From IMG/VR virus record IMGVR_UViG_3300047283_000054: a DNA stretch of 64,000 bases. One strand, given 5' to 3'. Source of the DNA: a virus (Duplodnaviria; Caudoviricetes). The notes beneath the pieces are model-generated. The model worked only from the letters and a program-made list of their open reading frames with translations, was not told the DNA's origin and made no database searches. This document shows positions 44,808-54,508 of the stretch, piece after piece. The position numbers and the translations under genes were made by a program. Position 1 is the first letter of the stretch, and each line of letters begins with the position of its first letter.

Positions 44808-46601
44808 ATGACATACAAAAAACACTTCACTAGAGTTAATCAATCCGGACAGATGAGCCCATTAGGTGGCGGTAGTGTCACTGGAGCTTGGAATGGTCCT
44901 GGACAAAATTCAGCTACCAACTATAGCAATCAAGACTTTGGTTACAAAAACTATGGTAGTCGACTCCCAGAAGTTTACACAGGTCACCCAAATCGTATTG
45001 AACGATACAACCAATATGAAATGATGGATGTAGACGCTGAGATTAATGCTTGTTTAGATATTATTTCAGAATTCAGTACACAAAAGAATGAACATAATAA
45101 GACACCATTCAGTTTAGAGTGGCGTGAAGAGCCTACTCCACACGAAGTAGATTTATTAAAAACTCAACTACAACAATGGTGTAAGTTGAATGAAATGGAA
45201 ACACGTATCTTTAAAATCTTTAGAAATTGTTTAAAGTACGGGGATCAGGTTTTTGTTCGTGATCCAGAGAACTTCAAGTTATACTGGGTTGATATGACCA
45301 AAGTTATTAAAGTTATTGTTAACGAAAGTGAAGGTAAGAAGCCTGAACAATACGTTATCAAAGACTTAAACATTAACTTAGAGAATTTAGTTGTAGCACA
45401 GAAAACAAATACAGACTTTGCCGCTAATCCTGCAACTGGCTTAGGTGGCACAGGTGGTGGTGGAACTGGTGGAGGTGGTGGATATACTGTTCCAAGTATG
45501 CCCTATAACACAACCGGTAGTCGTTTCAGTTTAGGTTTTAATGAAGCCGCAATCGATTCTAAACACGTTGTTCACTTAAGCTTAACTGAAGGTTTGGATC
45601 GCTTCTGGCCTTTCGGTCAAAGTATTTTAGAGAACATCTTTAAAGTTTATAAGCAAAAAGAATTACTAGAAGACGCGGTTCTTATCTATCGTGTGCAACG
45701 AGCACCAGAGCGTAGAGTTTTTAAAATTGACGTAGGCAATATGCCAAGTCATATGGCTATGGCATTCGTTGAACGTATTAAGAACGAGATTCATCAAAGA
45801 CGCATTCCAAGTACACACGGTGGCGGAAGTATGGTTGATGCTACATACAATCCATTATCAATGAACGAAGATTACTTCTTCCCAGTTACTGCTGATGGTC
45901 GTGGTTCAAGTGTTGACTTATTACCTGGTGGACAGAATTTGGGTGAGATTGATGACTTGCGTTATTTCAATAATAGATTAGCACGTGGCTTGCGTGTTCC
46001 AAGTAGTTATTTACCAACTGGTCCTGATGATAACGTTACTCCTATGAGTGATGGTCGTGTTGGTACAGCTATGATTCAAGAGTTTCGTTTCAATCAATAT
46101 TGTGAACGATTACAGAATTATCTTGTCAGAAAGCTTGACGAAGAATTTAAACTATTCTTACGTTGGAGAGGATTGAATATTGATAGTGGATTGTTCAACT
46201 TAACATTTAATCCACCACAAAATTTTGCGGCTTATCGTCAAAGTGAATTGGATACAGCACGTATGAGTTCATTTACAGCGGTTGAAGCTTATCCTTATAT
46301 CAGTAAACGTTTTGCTATGGAACGCTTCTTAGGATTAACTGAAGAAGAAATCAATAAAAATGAGAAAATGTGGCGTGAGGAAAACGACAAAGAACTTGAT
46401 ATTCAGCCCGAAGGTAGTGATTTACGTGGAATTGGTGTATCAGTTGGTGATATTGAGACTGATATACAAACAGGTGAGGATGCTACTGCCGCAGAAGAAA
46501 TGCCAATGGATCCGTCATTAGCGGCTGCAGGTCAAGTACCACAACCAGGACAAGCACAACCTGGACAGAATATGCCAGCTCCAGGTGGCACAGGAATGTA
46601 A
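44808..46601 (+). CDS. portal protein (T4 gp20-like)
   Basis: LLEDAVLIYRVQRAPERRVFKIDVGNMP, EDYFFP, LPGGQNLGEIDDL.YF...L..GLRVP.S. Confidence 0.95.
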   Translation: MTYKKHFTRVNQSGQMSPLGGGSVTGAWNGPGQNSATNYSNQDFGYKNYGSRLPEVYTGHPNRIERYNQYEMMDVDAEINACLDIISEFSTQKNEHNKTPFSLEWREEPTPHEVDLLKTQLQQWCKLNEMETRIFKIFRNCLKYGDQVFVRDPENFKLYWVDMTKVIKVIVNESEGKKPEQYVIKDLNINLENLVVAQKTNTDFAANPATGLGGTGGGGTGGGGGYTVPSMPYNTTGSRFSLGFNEAAIDSKHVVHLSLTEGLDRFWPFGQSILENIFKVYKQKELLEDAVLIYRVQRAPERRVFKIDVGNMPSHMAMAFVERIKNEIHQRRIPSTHGGGSMVDATYNPLSMNEDYFFPVTADGRGSSVDLLPGGQNLGEIDDLRYFNNRLARGLRVPSSYLPTGPDDNVTPMSDGRVGTAMIQEFRFNQYCERLQNYLVRKLDEEFKLFLRWRGLNIDSGLFNLTFNPPQNFAAYRQSELDTARMSSFTAVEAYPYISKRFAMERFLGLTEEEINKNEKMWREENDKELDIQPEGSDLRGIGVSVGDIETDIQTGEDATAAEEMPMDPSLAAAGQVPQPGQAQPGQNMPAPGGTGM

Positions 46602-46605
46602 TTTA

Positions 46606-46613
46606 GATAAATA
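46606..46613 (+). promoter_or_regulatory. late (gp55-dependent) promoter GATAAATA, representative of ~18 copies
   Basis: A TAAATA core (TAAGTA at 23361 and 39787) lies upstream of structural/late genes. Minus strand: 1520, 3770, 4553, 23361, 26753, 27249, 34739, 41977, 52319. Plus strand: 39787, 41960, 44783, 46606, 46905, 50860, 52377, 54480, 62566. Resembles the T4 late promoter TATAAATA. Confidence 0.8.
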
Positions 46614-46618
46614 ACTGT

Positions 46619-46843
46619 ATGAAATTATTTGAAATGTTTGATCCAGCTACAGCAGGTTATCAAGACGTAAGTGCTGATAACAGCAAGCCAAAGTGGAGAG
46701 AAAGTCGTAAAACAAAATTAACATTAAAACAGATTCGCAAATTACGTAAGATGAATGATGTACGTAATTATGAAAAAGTTAATTATCTTAAAAAGATACA
46801 TCAACAATATGCACCCAAAGCAGAAGGTGCACCAACAGTTTAA
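46619..46843 (+). CDS. small head-module protein (74 aa)
   Basis: RKTKLTLKQIRKLR motif; GATAAATA 5 nt upstream; terminator downstream. Confidence 0.75.
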   Translation: MKLFEMFDPATAGYQDVSADNSKPKWRESRKTKLTLKQIRKLRKMNDVRNYEKVNYLKKIHQQYAPKAEGAPTV

Positions 46844-46865
46844 TGAGTAGTTTAAACAAAAACGT

Positions 46866-46897
46866 AAAAAAATAGCACTTATTGTGCTATTTTTTTT
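46866..46897. terminator. bidirectional rho-independent terminator
   Basis: AAAAAAATAGCAC-TTATT-GTGCTATTTTTTTT. Confidence 0.8.
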
Positions 46898-46947
46898 GAT
46901 ACCCACTAAATAACTCTACAAAGCCATTTACATTCAGGAGACAAACA

Positions 46948-47778
46948 ATGGATAACAAAAAATTTGAACAACTTATTGATTTGATTATCAATGAGAACGA
47001 AGAACAAGCACGTGCATTATTTCACGATATCGTAGTTGAGAAAAGCCGCGAAATCTATGAGGACATGATGGATGATGACATGGGTGAAGGCATGGGCGGT
47101 CAAGTAGGTCAATTCATAGACGAGATTTCAGTTGAAGAACAAGGTATGGCTGAAGGTGAAGATGATGACCTAGAGTTTGATTCTGATGAAGATGAAGTAA
47201 TCGACATTGAAGATGGTGAAGATGAAGAAGGCATGGGTGAAGAAGATTTAGAAGACCGTGTTGTTGACCTAGAAGATAAATTAGACCAGTTAATGGCTGA
47301 GTTTGAAGATATTATGGCCGGTGATGATGAAGAAGTTGACGGTGATGAAAGTGATGCTGAGTTTGATGACGAAGCAGAAGAAGCCGGCAAAGACTTTACA
47401 AAAGATTTAGAAGATGACAATGATGAAGATCCTATGATGGAAGCTATCACATTGAAGAAAGTTTCTGTAACTCACGGTGACAATGGTGTTCAAACAAAGA
47501 GCACAAACTTAAACAATAGCGGTCAAGCTGGAATGGACAGCAAGCCAGTAAAATTCAGTGGCGCAAGTGAAGCAGTTCCAACAGGACCAAAAGGACCAAG
47601 CAATGCATATACTAAAGGTGAATCATCTGTAAAAGATGCTAATAATTGGAAGAATGCACCAGCCCAAAACAATGCTGATTTAGAATCTGCACCTAAGCCG
47701 ATTACTAAAGACGAAGCAGGTAAAGTTCGTAGCCCAGTAGCAGAGTCACGTAAGGCTCCTGCTAAAAGACGTATTTAA
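46948..47778 (+). CDS. acidic prohead core/internal protein (gp67/gp68-like position)
   Basis: Very Asp/Glu-rich; between portal and protease; AGGAG RBS. Confidence 0.65.
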   Translation: MDNKKFEQLIDLIINENEEQARALFHDIVVEKSREIYEDMMDDDMGEGMGGQVGQFIDEISVEEQGMAEGEDDDLEFDSDEDEVIDIEDGEDEEGMGEEDLEDRVVDLEDKLDQLMAEFEDIMAGDDEEVDGDESDAEFDDEAEEAGKDFTKDLEDDNDEDPMMEAITLKKVSVTHGDNGVQTKSTNLNNSGQAGMDSKPVKFSGASEAVPTGPKGPSNAYTKGESSVKDANNWKNAPAQNNADLESAPKPITKDEAGKVRSPVAESRKAPAKRRI

Positions 47779-47792
47779 GGAATCTGAGAGCA

Positions 47793-48437
47793 ATGGCTTT
47801 GTATCTCAAGGAGCATCTGACATTTGACCGAGCCGGTATGGTTGTTGAATCTGTCAGTGAAGGCGACAAGAAGAACCTTTATATGAAAGGTATCTTCATT
47901 CAGGGCGGGGTAAAGAACGCAAATGAGCGTGTTTACCCCGTTGCTGAGATTGAAGTCGCTGTACAAACTCTGAATGAGCAAATCACAGAAGGCTACTCAG
48001 TATTGGGTGAAGTAGATCATCCAGATGACTTAAAGATTAACTTAGACCGTGTATCACATATGATTACATCTATGTGGATGGACGGTGCTAATGGTTTCGG
48101 AAAGTTAAAGATTTTACCAACTCCAATGGGTGAATTAGTTAAAACTATGTTGGAGAGTGGTGTGAAACTCGGCGTATCAAGTCGTGGCAGCGGAAACGTT
48201 GACGACATGAACGGCAAAGTTAGTGACTTTGAAATAGTCACTGTGGATATTGTTGCACAACCTAGCGCACCAAATGCGTATCCTAAAGCAATCTATGAAG
48301 GTATGATGAATATGCGTCATGGTCATAAATTGTTGGATATTGCAAAGGACGCAAGAGGCGACAAGAAAGTAGAGAAGTACTTGAAAGAGGAAGTAATGCG
48401 CCTTATCAAGGATCTCAAAATTAACAAAGGGGAATAA
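47793..48437 (+). CDS. prohead protease (T4 gp21-like)
   Basis: GIFIQ...KN.N.RVYP, LGEVDHP, INLDRVSH, LGVSSRG.G, DIVA.PSAP.A. Confidence 0.95.
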   Translation: MALYLKEHLTFDRAGMVVESVSEGDKKNLYMKGIFIQGGVKNANERVYPVAEIEVAVQTLNEQITEGYSVLGEVDHPDDLKINLDRVSHMITSMWMDGANGFGKLKILPTPMGELVKTMLESGVKLGVSSRGSGNVDDMNGKVSDFEIVTVDIVAQPSAPNAYPKAIYEGMMNMRHGHKLLDIAKDARGDKKVEKYLKEEVMRLIKDLKINKGE

Positions 48438-48439
48438 GC

Positions 48440-49543
48440 ATGTTTGATGCTATCAAGCCATTACTTGACAGTGGACTTATTAATGAAGATGTAGGGGCTC
48501 AGTTAAATGAGGCCTGGGAATCTAAATTGAATGAGGCTCGCCAGCAAGTCCGTGCAGAATTACACGAAGAATTCGCACAACGTTATGAACATGACAGAAG
48601 CGTAATGGTAGAAGCCCTTGACAAGATGGTTACAGAAAGCCTATCAGAAGAAATTGAAGAATTTCACTCTGAGAAGCAAGCAATGAACGAAGACCGTGTG
48701 AAAGCACAAATGAAACTACGTGAATCTGCTACAAAATTCAATGATTTTATGGTTACTAAACTAGCCGAAGAAATCCGTGAACTACGTTCAGACCGTATTA
48801 TCGCTAAAGAAAGTCAACAAAAGCTAGAGCAATTTATTGTTCACGCTTTAGCCCGTGAAATCAAAGAGTTCGCTCAAGACAAGCAGGCAGTTGTTGAAGC
48901 TAAGGTTAAGTTAGTTGCAGAAGGACGTAAACAATTAGAAGCATTGAAGGCACGTTTTGTGACCGAATCTGCTAAGAAATTGTCTACTGCTGTAGCAGGA
49001 CAGTTAAAGGGTGAATTAGGCCAGTTGAAAGAAGATATCAAAGTTGCAAAAGAAAACAATTTTGGTCGCAGAATTTTCGAAAGCTTTGCAGGTGAATTCT
49101 CAGTTACTCATTTAAATGATAAAGCTGAGACAAGAAAATTAATGCAAAAATTAGAAGAAAAAGATCGTCAACTAGCAGAATCCATTACACAAATCAACAA
49201 CACTAAAAAGTTAGTTGAATCAAAAGAACGTGAAGTTCGTATTATTAAAGAGTCTAACCTTCGTGAGAAGACCATGACTGAGTTACTTTCTACTCTAAAT
49301 GAGGAAAAAGCAACAGTAATGCAGAACTTACTAGAGAGTGTGCAAACAGGTAAACTGCAAGCTACTTTCGATAAGTATCTACCAGCCGTACTAAACACTG
49401 GCGCTGTTAAGAAGTCTGTAAAGACTAACTTATCAGAGTCAAAGATGATTAGTGAAGTTACAGGGGATAAAGCTGCCAAACAAGAAGTTGATATGGAACA
49501 ACGTGATAACGTTATAGATATCAAGCGTCTGGCAGGGCTTTAA
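48440..49543 (+). CDS. prohead scaffolding protein (T4 gp22-like)
   Basis: Coiled-coil, Glu/Lys-rich, between protease and capsid; many xxE/S cleavage-like sites. Confidence 0.85.
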   Translation: MFDAIKPLLDSGLINEDVGAQLNEAWESKLNEARQQVRAELHEEFAQRYEHDRSVMVEALDKMVTESLSEEIEEFHSEKQAMNEDRVKAQMKLRESATKFNDFMVTKLAEEIRELRSDRIIAKESQQKLEQFIVHALAREIKEFAQDKQAVVEAKVKLVAEGRKQLEALKARFVTESAKKLSTAVAGQLKGELGQLKEDIKVAKENNFGRRIFESFAGEFSVTHLNDKAETRKLMQKLEEKDRQLAESITQINNTKKLVESKEREVRIIKESNLREKTMTELLSTLNEEKATVMQNLLESVQTGKLQATFDKYLPAVLNTGAVKKSVKTNLSESKMISEVTGDKAAKQEVDMEQRDNVIDIKRLAGL

Positions 49544-49573
49544 TTAAAAAGACATAGATTAGGAGAAATATAA

Positions 49574-50770
49574 ATGTCAAAAGTTCTATTAGAAAGCCGT
49601 TGGGACGAGACCAAGGAAGCTCTGTTAGAAGGCTTAAAGGGCACTCGCCGCTCAACTATGGGTGTTATCTTAGAAAATACTAAGAAACAACTACTTGCTG
49701 AATCTTCAGCAGGTACAACTACAGCTGGTAACATCGCTACATTAAACCGTGTTATTCTACCAGTTATCCGTCGTGTTATGCCAACAGTTATTGCTAACGA
49801 GTTGGTTGGTGTTCAGCCAATGACTGGCCCAGTTGGTCAGATCCATACACTACGTGTACGTTATGCACAAAACTTAGTGGACAACTCTGCCGCTCAAACT
49901 AGCGTTACTGCCGGTCAAGAAGCATTGAGCCCATTCACTATTGCTCAAGCATATTCACGTCAGCCATCTAACGATGCAACTGCAACAGGTTACACAGGTA
50001 ACAACACTGCGGCTCTTGAAGGTAACGGCGGTCGTCAGATCAGCGTTCAAATCTTGCGTCAAGCTGTTGAAGCTAAGTCACGTAAGTTGCAAGCACGTTG
50101 GACATTTGAGGCAGCACAAGATGCTCAAAGCCAACATGGTATCGACGTAGAAGCAGAAATCATGGCAGCTCTTGCACAAGAGATTACTGCTGAGATTGAC
50201 CAAGAGATTCTATTGTCATTACGTACATTAGCATCTACAGAGTATACATACAACCAAGCTACTGTATCAGGTACAGCTACTTACGTTGGTGACGAACACG
50301 CTGCCTTAGCTGTTCTAATCAACCGTGTTGCTAACTTGATCGCACAACGTACACGTCGTGGCGCAGGTAACTGGGCTGTTGTTTCTAGCGCGGCATTGAC
50401 AGTATTGCAATCTGCAACTACTTCTGCTTTCGCACGTACTACAGAAGGTACTTTCGAAGCTCCAACTAACACTAAGTTCGTTGGTACATTGAACGGCGCT
50501 ATGCGTGTGTTCGTTGACTCTTATGCTCCTGATACTACACCAGTATTGGTTGGTTATAAAGGTTCAAGCGAAACTGACGCGGCAGCATTCTATTGCCCAT
50601 ACATTCCATTGATGAGCAGTGGTGTTGTTCTAGATCCATCAACATTCGAACCAGTCGTATCATTTATGACACGTTATGGTTACATCGAATTAACTAACAC
50701 TGCATCATCTTTCGGTAATGCGGCTGATTACGTTGGTGAAATCGCAGTTCAAAACTTGACATTCCAATAA
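49574..50770 (+). CDS. major capsid protein (T4 gp23-like)
   Basis: RRVMP..IA.ELVGVQPMTGP.G, V.AKSRKL.A.WT.E.AQD, GYKG....DA..FYCPYIPL, F.P...FMTRYG. Confidence 0.97.
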   Translation: MSKVLLESRWDETKEALLEGLKGTRRSTMGVILENTKKQLLAESSAGTTTAGNIATLNRVILPVIRRVMPTVIANELVGVQPMTGPVGQIHTLRVRYAQNLVDNSAAQTSVTAGQEALSPFTIAQAYSRQPSNDATATGYTGNNTAALEGNGGRQISVQILRQAVEAKSRKLQARWTFEAAQDAQSQHGIDVEAEIMAALAQEITAEIDQEILLSLRTLASTEYTYNQATVSGTATYVGDEHAALAVLINRVANLIAQRTRRGAGNWAVVSSAALTVLQSATTSAFARTTEGTFEAPTNTKFVGTLNGAMRVFVDSYAPDTTPVLVGYKGSSETDAAAFYCPYIPLMSSGVVLDPSTFEPVVSFMTRYGYIELTNTASSFGNAADYVGEIAVQNLTFQ

Positions 50771-50829
50771 ATCGGAATCCTCTGTTCGGGAAACACAGAC
50801 TACGGTCTGTGTCACAGGAAGGAACAAAG

Positions 50830-50853
50830 AAGCACTCTCAGGAGTGCTTTTTT
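50830..50853 (+). terminator. rho-independent terminator after the major capsid gene
   Basis: AAGCACTC-TCAG-GAGTGCTT-TTTT. Confidence 0.8.
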
Positions 50854-50871
50854 GTTGGCGATAAATATCTA

Positions 50872-51579
50872 ATGAACGAATTATTATATACCTTAATAGT
50901 TACACACATCACTATAGTATGTGTTACTCTATTCTTACATAGAGGTCAAGCACATAAAGCAATTGAATTTAATCCTATACTCAGTCACTTTATGCGATTC
51001 TGGTTGTGGTTGACAACCGGTATGGTTACTAAGCAATGGGTAGCAATACATCGCAAGCATCATAGATATAGTGACGTTGAGGGAGATCCACATACACCTC
51101 ACGTTTTTGGAATATACAATGTATTGTTCAAAGGAGCATCACTATATCATACTGCGAGTAAAGATACTGGGATGGTTAAACAATATGGAGTTGGCACACC
51201 TGATGATTGGATAGAACAGAATGTATACAGTAAACATAGTCGTTTAGGAATTGTTTTGTTATTGCTTGTAAATTTACTTTGTTTTTCTTATTGGGGACTG
51301 CTAGTCTGGGCTATACAAATGATATGGATTCCATTCTGGGCAGCCGGTGTAATCAACGGTATAGGACATTGGATAGGCTATCGCAATGGAGAGACTAAAG
51401 ACCATAGTCGTAATATCAGTCCTTGGGGTATTATTATTGGTGGTGAAGAACTACATAACAATCATCATTTAGAACCTGCAAACCCTAAGTTAAGTAGAAA
51501 ATGGTTTGAGTTTGATATGGGCTATATGTGGTTATCAATCTTTAAATTTTTTAGACTAGCTAAAATACGTACTATATAA
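50872..51579 (+). CDS. membrane fatty-acid desaturase (delta-9 acyl-CoA/DesA-like), auxiliary metabolic gene
   Basis: Three His boxes (HRGQAH, HRKHH, HNNHH) and TM segments; start set at ATG 50872, downstream of the terminator and GATAAATA. Confidence 0.9.
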   Translation: MNELLYTLIVTHITIVCVTLFLHRGQAHKAIEFNPILSHFMRFWLWLTTGMVTKQWVAIHRKHHRYSDVEGDPHTPHVFGIYNVLFKGASLYHTASKDTGMVKQYGVGTPDDWIEQNVYSKHSRLGIVLLLLVNLLCFSYWGLLVWAIQMIWIPFWAAGVINGIGHWIGYRNGETKDHSRNISPWGIIIGGEELHNNHHLEPANPKLSRKWFEFDMGYMWLSIFKFFRLAKIRTI

Positions 51580-51583
51580 ACGT

Positions 51584-51952
51584 ATGATTGTACTTGCTCC
51601 AATATCAGTAGGTGAACTGATTGACAAAATTACCATACTGAAAATAAAATCAAATCTTATCAAGGATGCAGATAAGCTATTCAACATTGAAAAAGAGCTT
51701 CAATCATTAGAAGAACTAAAAGACAGTCTTAATATAGATGTTGATTCACTACAATCTAAACTTTATGGGGTCAACTTAGAGTTATGGCACATTGAGAACT
51801 ATAAACGTGAATGTGAAAAGAATCAAAGTTTTGATGACAACTTCATTGAATCTGCCCGACAAGTTTATCTTAAAAACGATCTGCGTGCCAGTCTTAAAAA
51901 ACAAATCAATGAACTTGTAGGTAGCACGATTGTTGAGGAAAAAAGCTATTAA
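51584..51952 (+). CDS. DUF6165-like protein
   Basis: P.S.GELIDKITIL.IK...N..LW..E...R......F...FI..AR.VY..ND.RA..K..IN...GS...EEKSY. Confidence 0.7.
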   Translation: MIVLAPISVGELIDKITILKIKSNLIKDADKLFNIEKELQSLEELKDSLNIDVDSLQSKLYGVNLELWHIENYKRECEKNQSFDDNFIESARQVYLKNDLRASLKKQINELVGSTIVEEKSY

Positions 51953-52314
51953 AGAGTATAGTCTGTGTCGCTTGTAATATCCAAAATACTCTTGCGTTTT
52001 TCTTTTAGTTTTTTCTGATGTAATCTATTACAGTTGGCACACAATGTTTTTAGATTGCGTTTATCTTTATTCTTCTTGTTATCATCTTTATAGATAATAT
52101 CTAGTTGGCATTTATCTTCTGGTACAAAGCCACACTTCTCACACTTATCTTTCTTGTGTAGTAAGTAACCAAACTTACTATTATATGCACCCTTAGCACA
52201 ATCAACACAATACTTGTGCCACTTAGTAAAGCCGTGCTTGCTCACACCATTTGGCTTTGCCAATGATACATTACAATGTTTACATAGTGGTCTGTTTGGC
52301 TGTCTTATAAGCAT
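51949..52314 (-). CDS. Zn-binding degenerate HNH-like protein
   Basis: Four CxxC pairs; QLDIIYKD...NLKTLCANCNR resembles an HNH motif with the His residues replaced. Confidence 0.6.
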   Translation of the reverse strand: MLIRQPNRPLCKHCNVSLAKPNGVSKHGFTKWHKYCVDCAKGAYNSKFGYLLHKKDKCEKCGFVPEDKCQLDIIYKDDNKKNKDKRNLKTLCANCNRLHQKKLKEKRKSILDITSDTDYTL

Positions 52315-52411
52315 CAACTATTTAATAAAAAGCACACCTGGGTGTTTTTTTTCTATGGTATTCATTCAGATTTATTGATAAATAATATATCACATAAATT
52401 TAGGATGAACA

Positions 52412-54472
52412 ATGGCATTTGAACCTTTTGGTTTAGTTGGTGGATTATCAGTAGGCATACCACCAATAGTAGTTATAGATGATAACGGCATAGCCACCCT
52501 AAACGGTTTAACTGTCACCGGTATAACAAATTTAGGCCCAACTGGTAATATTATTATTACTGGTGGTGAGAACGGATACTTTTTACAAACAGATGGTGAA
52601 GGCAGATTAACTTGGGCACCAGGTGGCAATGGCGGTGGCGGTAACGGAATACCGGGTGGTTCTAATACACAGGTTCAATATAACAACGCTGGCAACTTTG
52701 GTGGTGACGCTGGATTTACCTATGACAGTATAAACAATATTTTATCTGTATCCGGTAATATTGTATCTAATAATTTTATTGGTTCTGGTAACATTACTAT
52801 TGCTAGTGTAAATGCTAATGGTAATGTTACAGCAAATTACTTTATTGGTAATGGTAGTCAGTTAACTGGTGTATCAGCATCATCAGCAAACTTTGCAAAC
52901 TATGCCGGTAATGTTACTGTAAGTAGTCAACCAAATATCACAAGTGTTGGTACATTAGTTAGCTTAAGTGTTGCAGGCAATGTTACAGCAGGTAATGCTA
53001 ATTTAGGAAACAGTGCTGTTGCAAACTTCTTTACTGGTAGATTTTATGGTAATGCTAATACAGCAGGGACAGTTACAACAAATGCTCAACCAAACATTAC
53101 TTCGGTTGGCACACTATCTAATTTAAGTGTTGCTGGTAATATCACATCAGGTAATGCTAACTTAGGAAATATTGCTACAGCCAACTTCTATTTTGGTAAT
53201 GGCGCATTCTTAACTGGTGTAGGCAATGCAAACTACAGCCCATTAGCTAATTTTGCTAACTATGCCGGTAATGTTACTGTAAGTAGTCAGCCAAATATCA
53301 CAAGTGTTGGCACACTGCTTAACGTAGATACTTCAGGTAATGTTACAGCAACAGCCAATATTATTGGTGCCAACGTTACTGCGAACCAATACTTTAATGC
53401 ACTAAACGCAAACATAACCGGATCTACTAATTTATCAGGTATAGTTACTGTAACTAATACAGGTACTATTACTTCTCTTGGTAACGTAAACTTTACGGCT
53501 GCACCAAATGTTACATTAGGTACTGTAGCTAATTTACATATCAGTGGTGGTGTTGCCGGATATTTCTTACGCACTGACGGTGCAGGAAATTTAAGTTGGA
53601 GTGCAGGTGGAGGTGGTGGCAACGGCACTCCAGGTGGTAATACAACTGAGATTCAATTTAATGATAATGGTGTATTTGGCGCAAGCGCAAACCTCACGTT
53701 TAATCCATTCAGTTATGTATTAGCGGTACCTACTATTAACACAACCACTGTTTCAATAGCAAACACATTGACAGTTAATACTACTGCAAATTTATATACT
53801 ACAAATATTAATGGTGTATTGACAGCAACAAGTAATATTAATGCAACAATGTCTCCAAATATAAATTTAGGTTCAGTATCTAATTTACATATTCAGGGTG
53901 GAACAAATGGTTATGTGTTATCAACCGATGGTGCAGGTAATTTAAGTTGGACAGCAGGTGGCGGAGGAGGCAATGGTACACCAGGCGGTTCTAATACACA
54001 AATACAATACAATGATCAGGGTGTGTTCAATGGTAGTTCTTTCTTCACATTTAATGAAAACACCAACAATGTTCAGGTCGCTGGTAATCTTATTGCAAAC
54101 GCATTAACATTGGGATCAGGAATTTATGCTTTCTCTCGTTCTAATGTATTCTTTGCAATAACAAGTAGTAACGCAACACAAGAGTTGTATGCTATTGAAG
54201 CAGATACAATAGCAGGTGCAGATTTTACAATCATTGCAACTGATACAACAGCAAACACACGACAGGTAAGTAAAATATCTTCAATCTTTTTAGGAGAGGC
54301 TTACCAATACAATGAATACAGCACATTAGCTGTTAACGGTGCTACAGGGTACTATTCGATGGCTTATTTGCCGGGTAATATTTCTGTCACACCACAATTT
54401 GTTCTGTATGTCACACCGACAACGAACAATAATATCGTACACAAAATATCAATTCAATCGTATGATATTTGA
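52412..54472 (+). CDS. Asn/Gly-rich modular fibre/virion protein
   Basis: Repeated PGG(S/N)xT(Q/E)(I/V)Q(Y/F)N, QPNITSVGTL and L.TDG.G.L.W modules. Confidence 0.7.
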   Translation: MAFEPFGLVGGLSVGIPPIVVIDDNGIATLNGLTVTGITNLGPTGNIIITGGENGYFLQTDGEGRLTWAPGGNGGGGNGIPGGSNTQVQYNNAGNFGGDAGFTYDSINNILSVSGNIVSNNFIGSGNITIASVNANGNVTANYFIGNGSQLTGVSASSANFANYAGNVTVSSQPNITSVGTLVSLSVAGNVTAGNANLGNSAVANFFTGRFYGNANTAGTVTTNAQPNITSVGTLSNLSVAGNITSGNANLGNIATANFYFGNGAFLTGVGNANYSPLANFANYAGNVTVSSQPNITSVGTLLNVDTSGNVTATANIIGANVTANQYFNALNANITGSTNLSGIVTVTNTGTITSLGNVNFTAAPNVTLGTVANLHISGGVAGYFLRTDGAGNLSWSAGGGGGNGTPGGNTTEIQFNDNGVFGASANLTFNPFSYVLAVPTINTTTVSIANTLTVNTTANLYTTNINGVLTATSNINATMSPNINLGSVSNLHIQGGTNGYVLSTDGAGNLSWTAGGGGGNGTPGGSNTQIQYNDQGVFNGSSFFTFNENTNNVQVAGNLIANALTLGSGIYAFSRSNVFFAITSSNATQELYAIEADTIAGADFTIIATDTTANTRQVSKISSIFLGEAYQYNEYSTLAVNGATGYYSMAYLPGNISVTPQFVLYVTPTTNNNIVHKISIQSYDI
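52886..53314 (+). repeat. near-identical ~65-bp direct repeat 360 bp apart (ANFANYAGNVTVSSQPNITSVGT)
   Basis: aactatgccggtaatgttactgtaagtagtca(a/g)ccaaatatcacaagtgttgg at ~52898 and ~53258. Confidence 0.85.
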
Positions 54473-54508
54473 CCCAAATGATAAATATAAGATAACAAGG
54501 ATAATAAC

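Noticed and set aside
50809-50871. Track N-terminal extension of the desaturase
   Set aside because: Runs through the gp23 terminator and the late promoter; ATG 50872 preferred
52327-52352. Possible terminator AAAAAGCACACCTGGGTGTTTTTTTT
   Set aside because: Stem is short and imperfect and no plus-strand gene ends right before it; too weak to call
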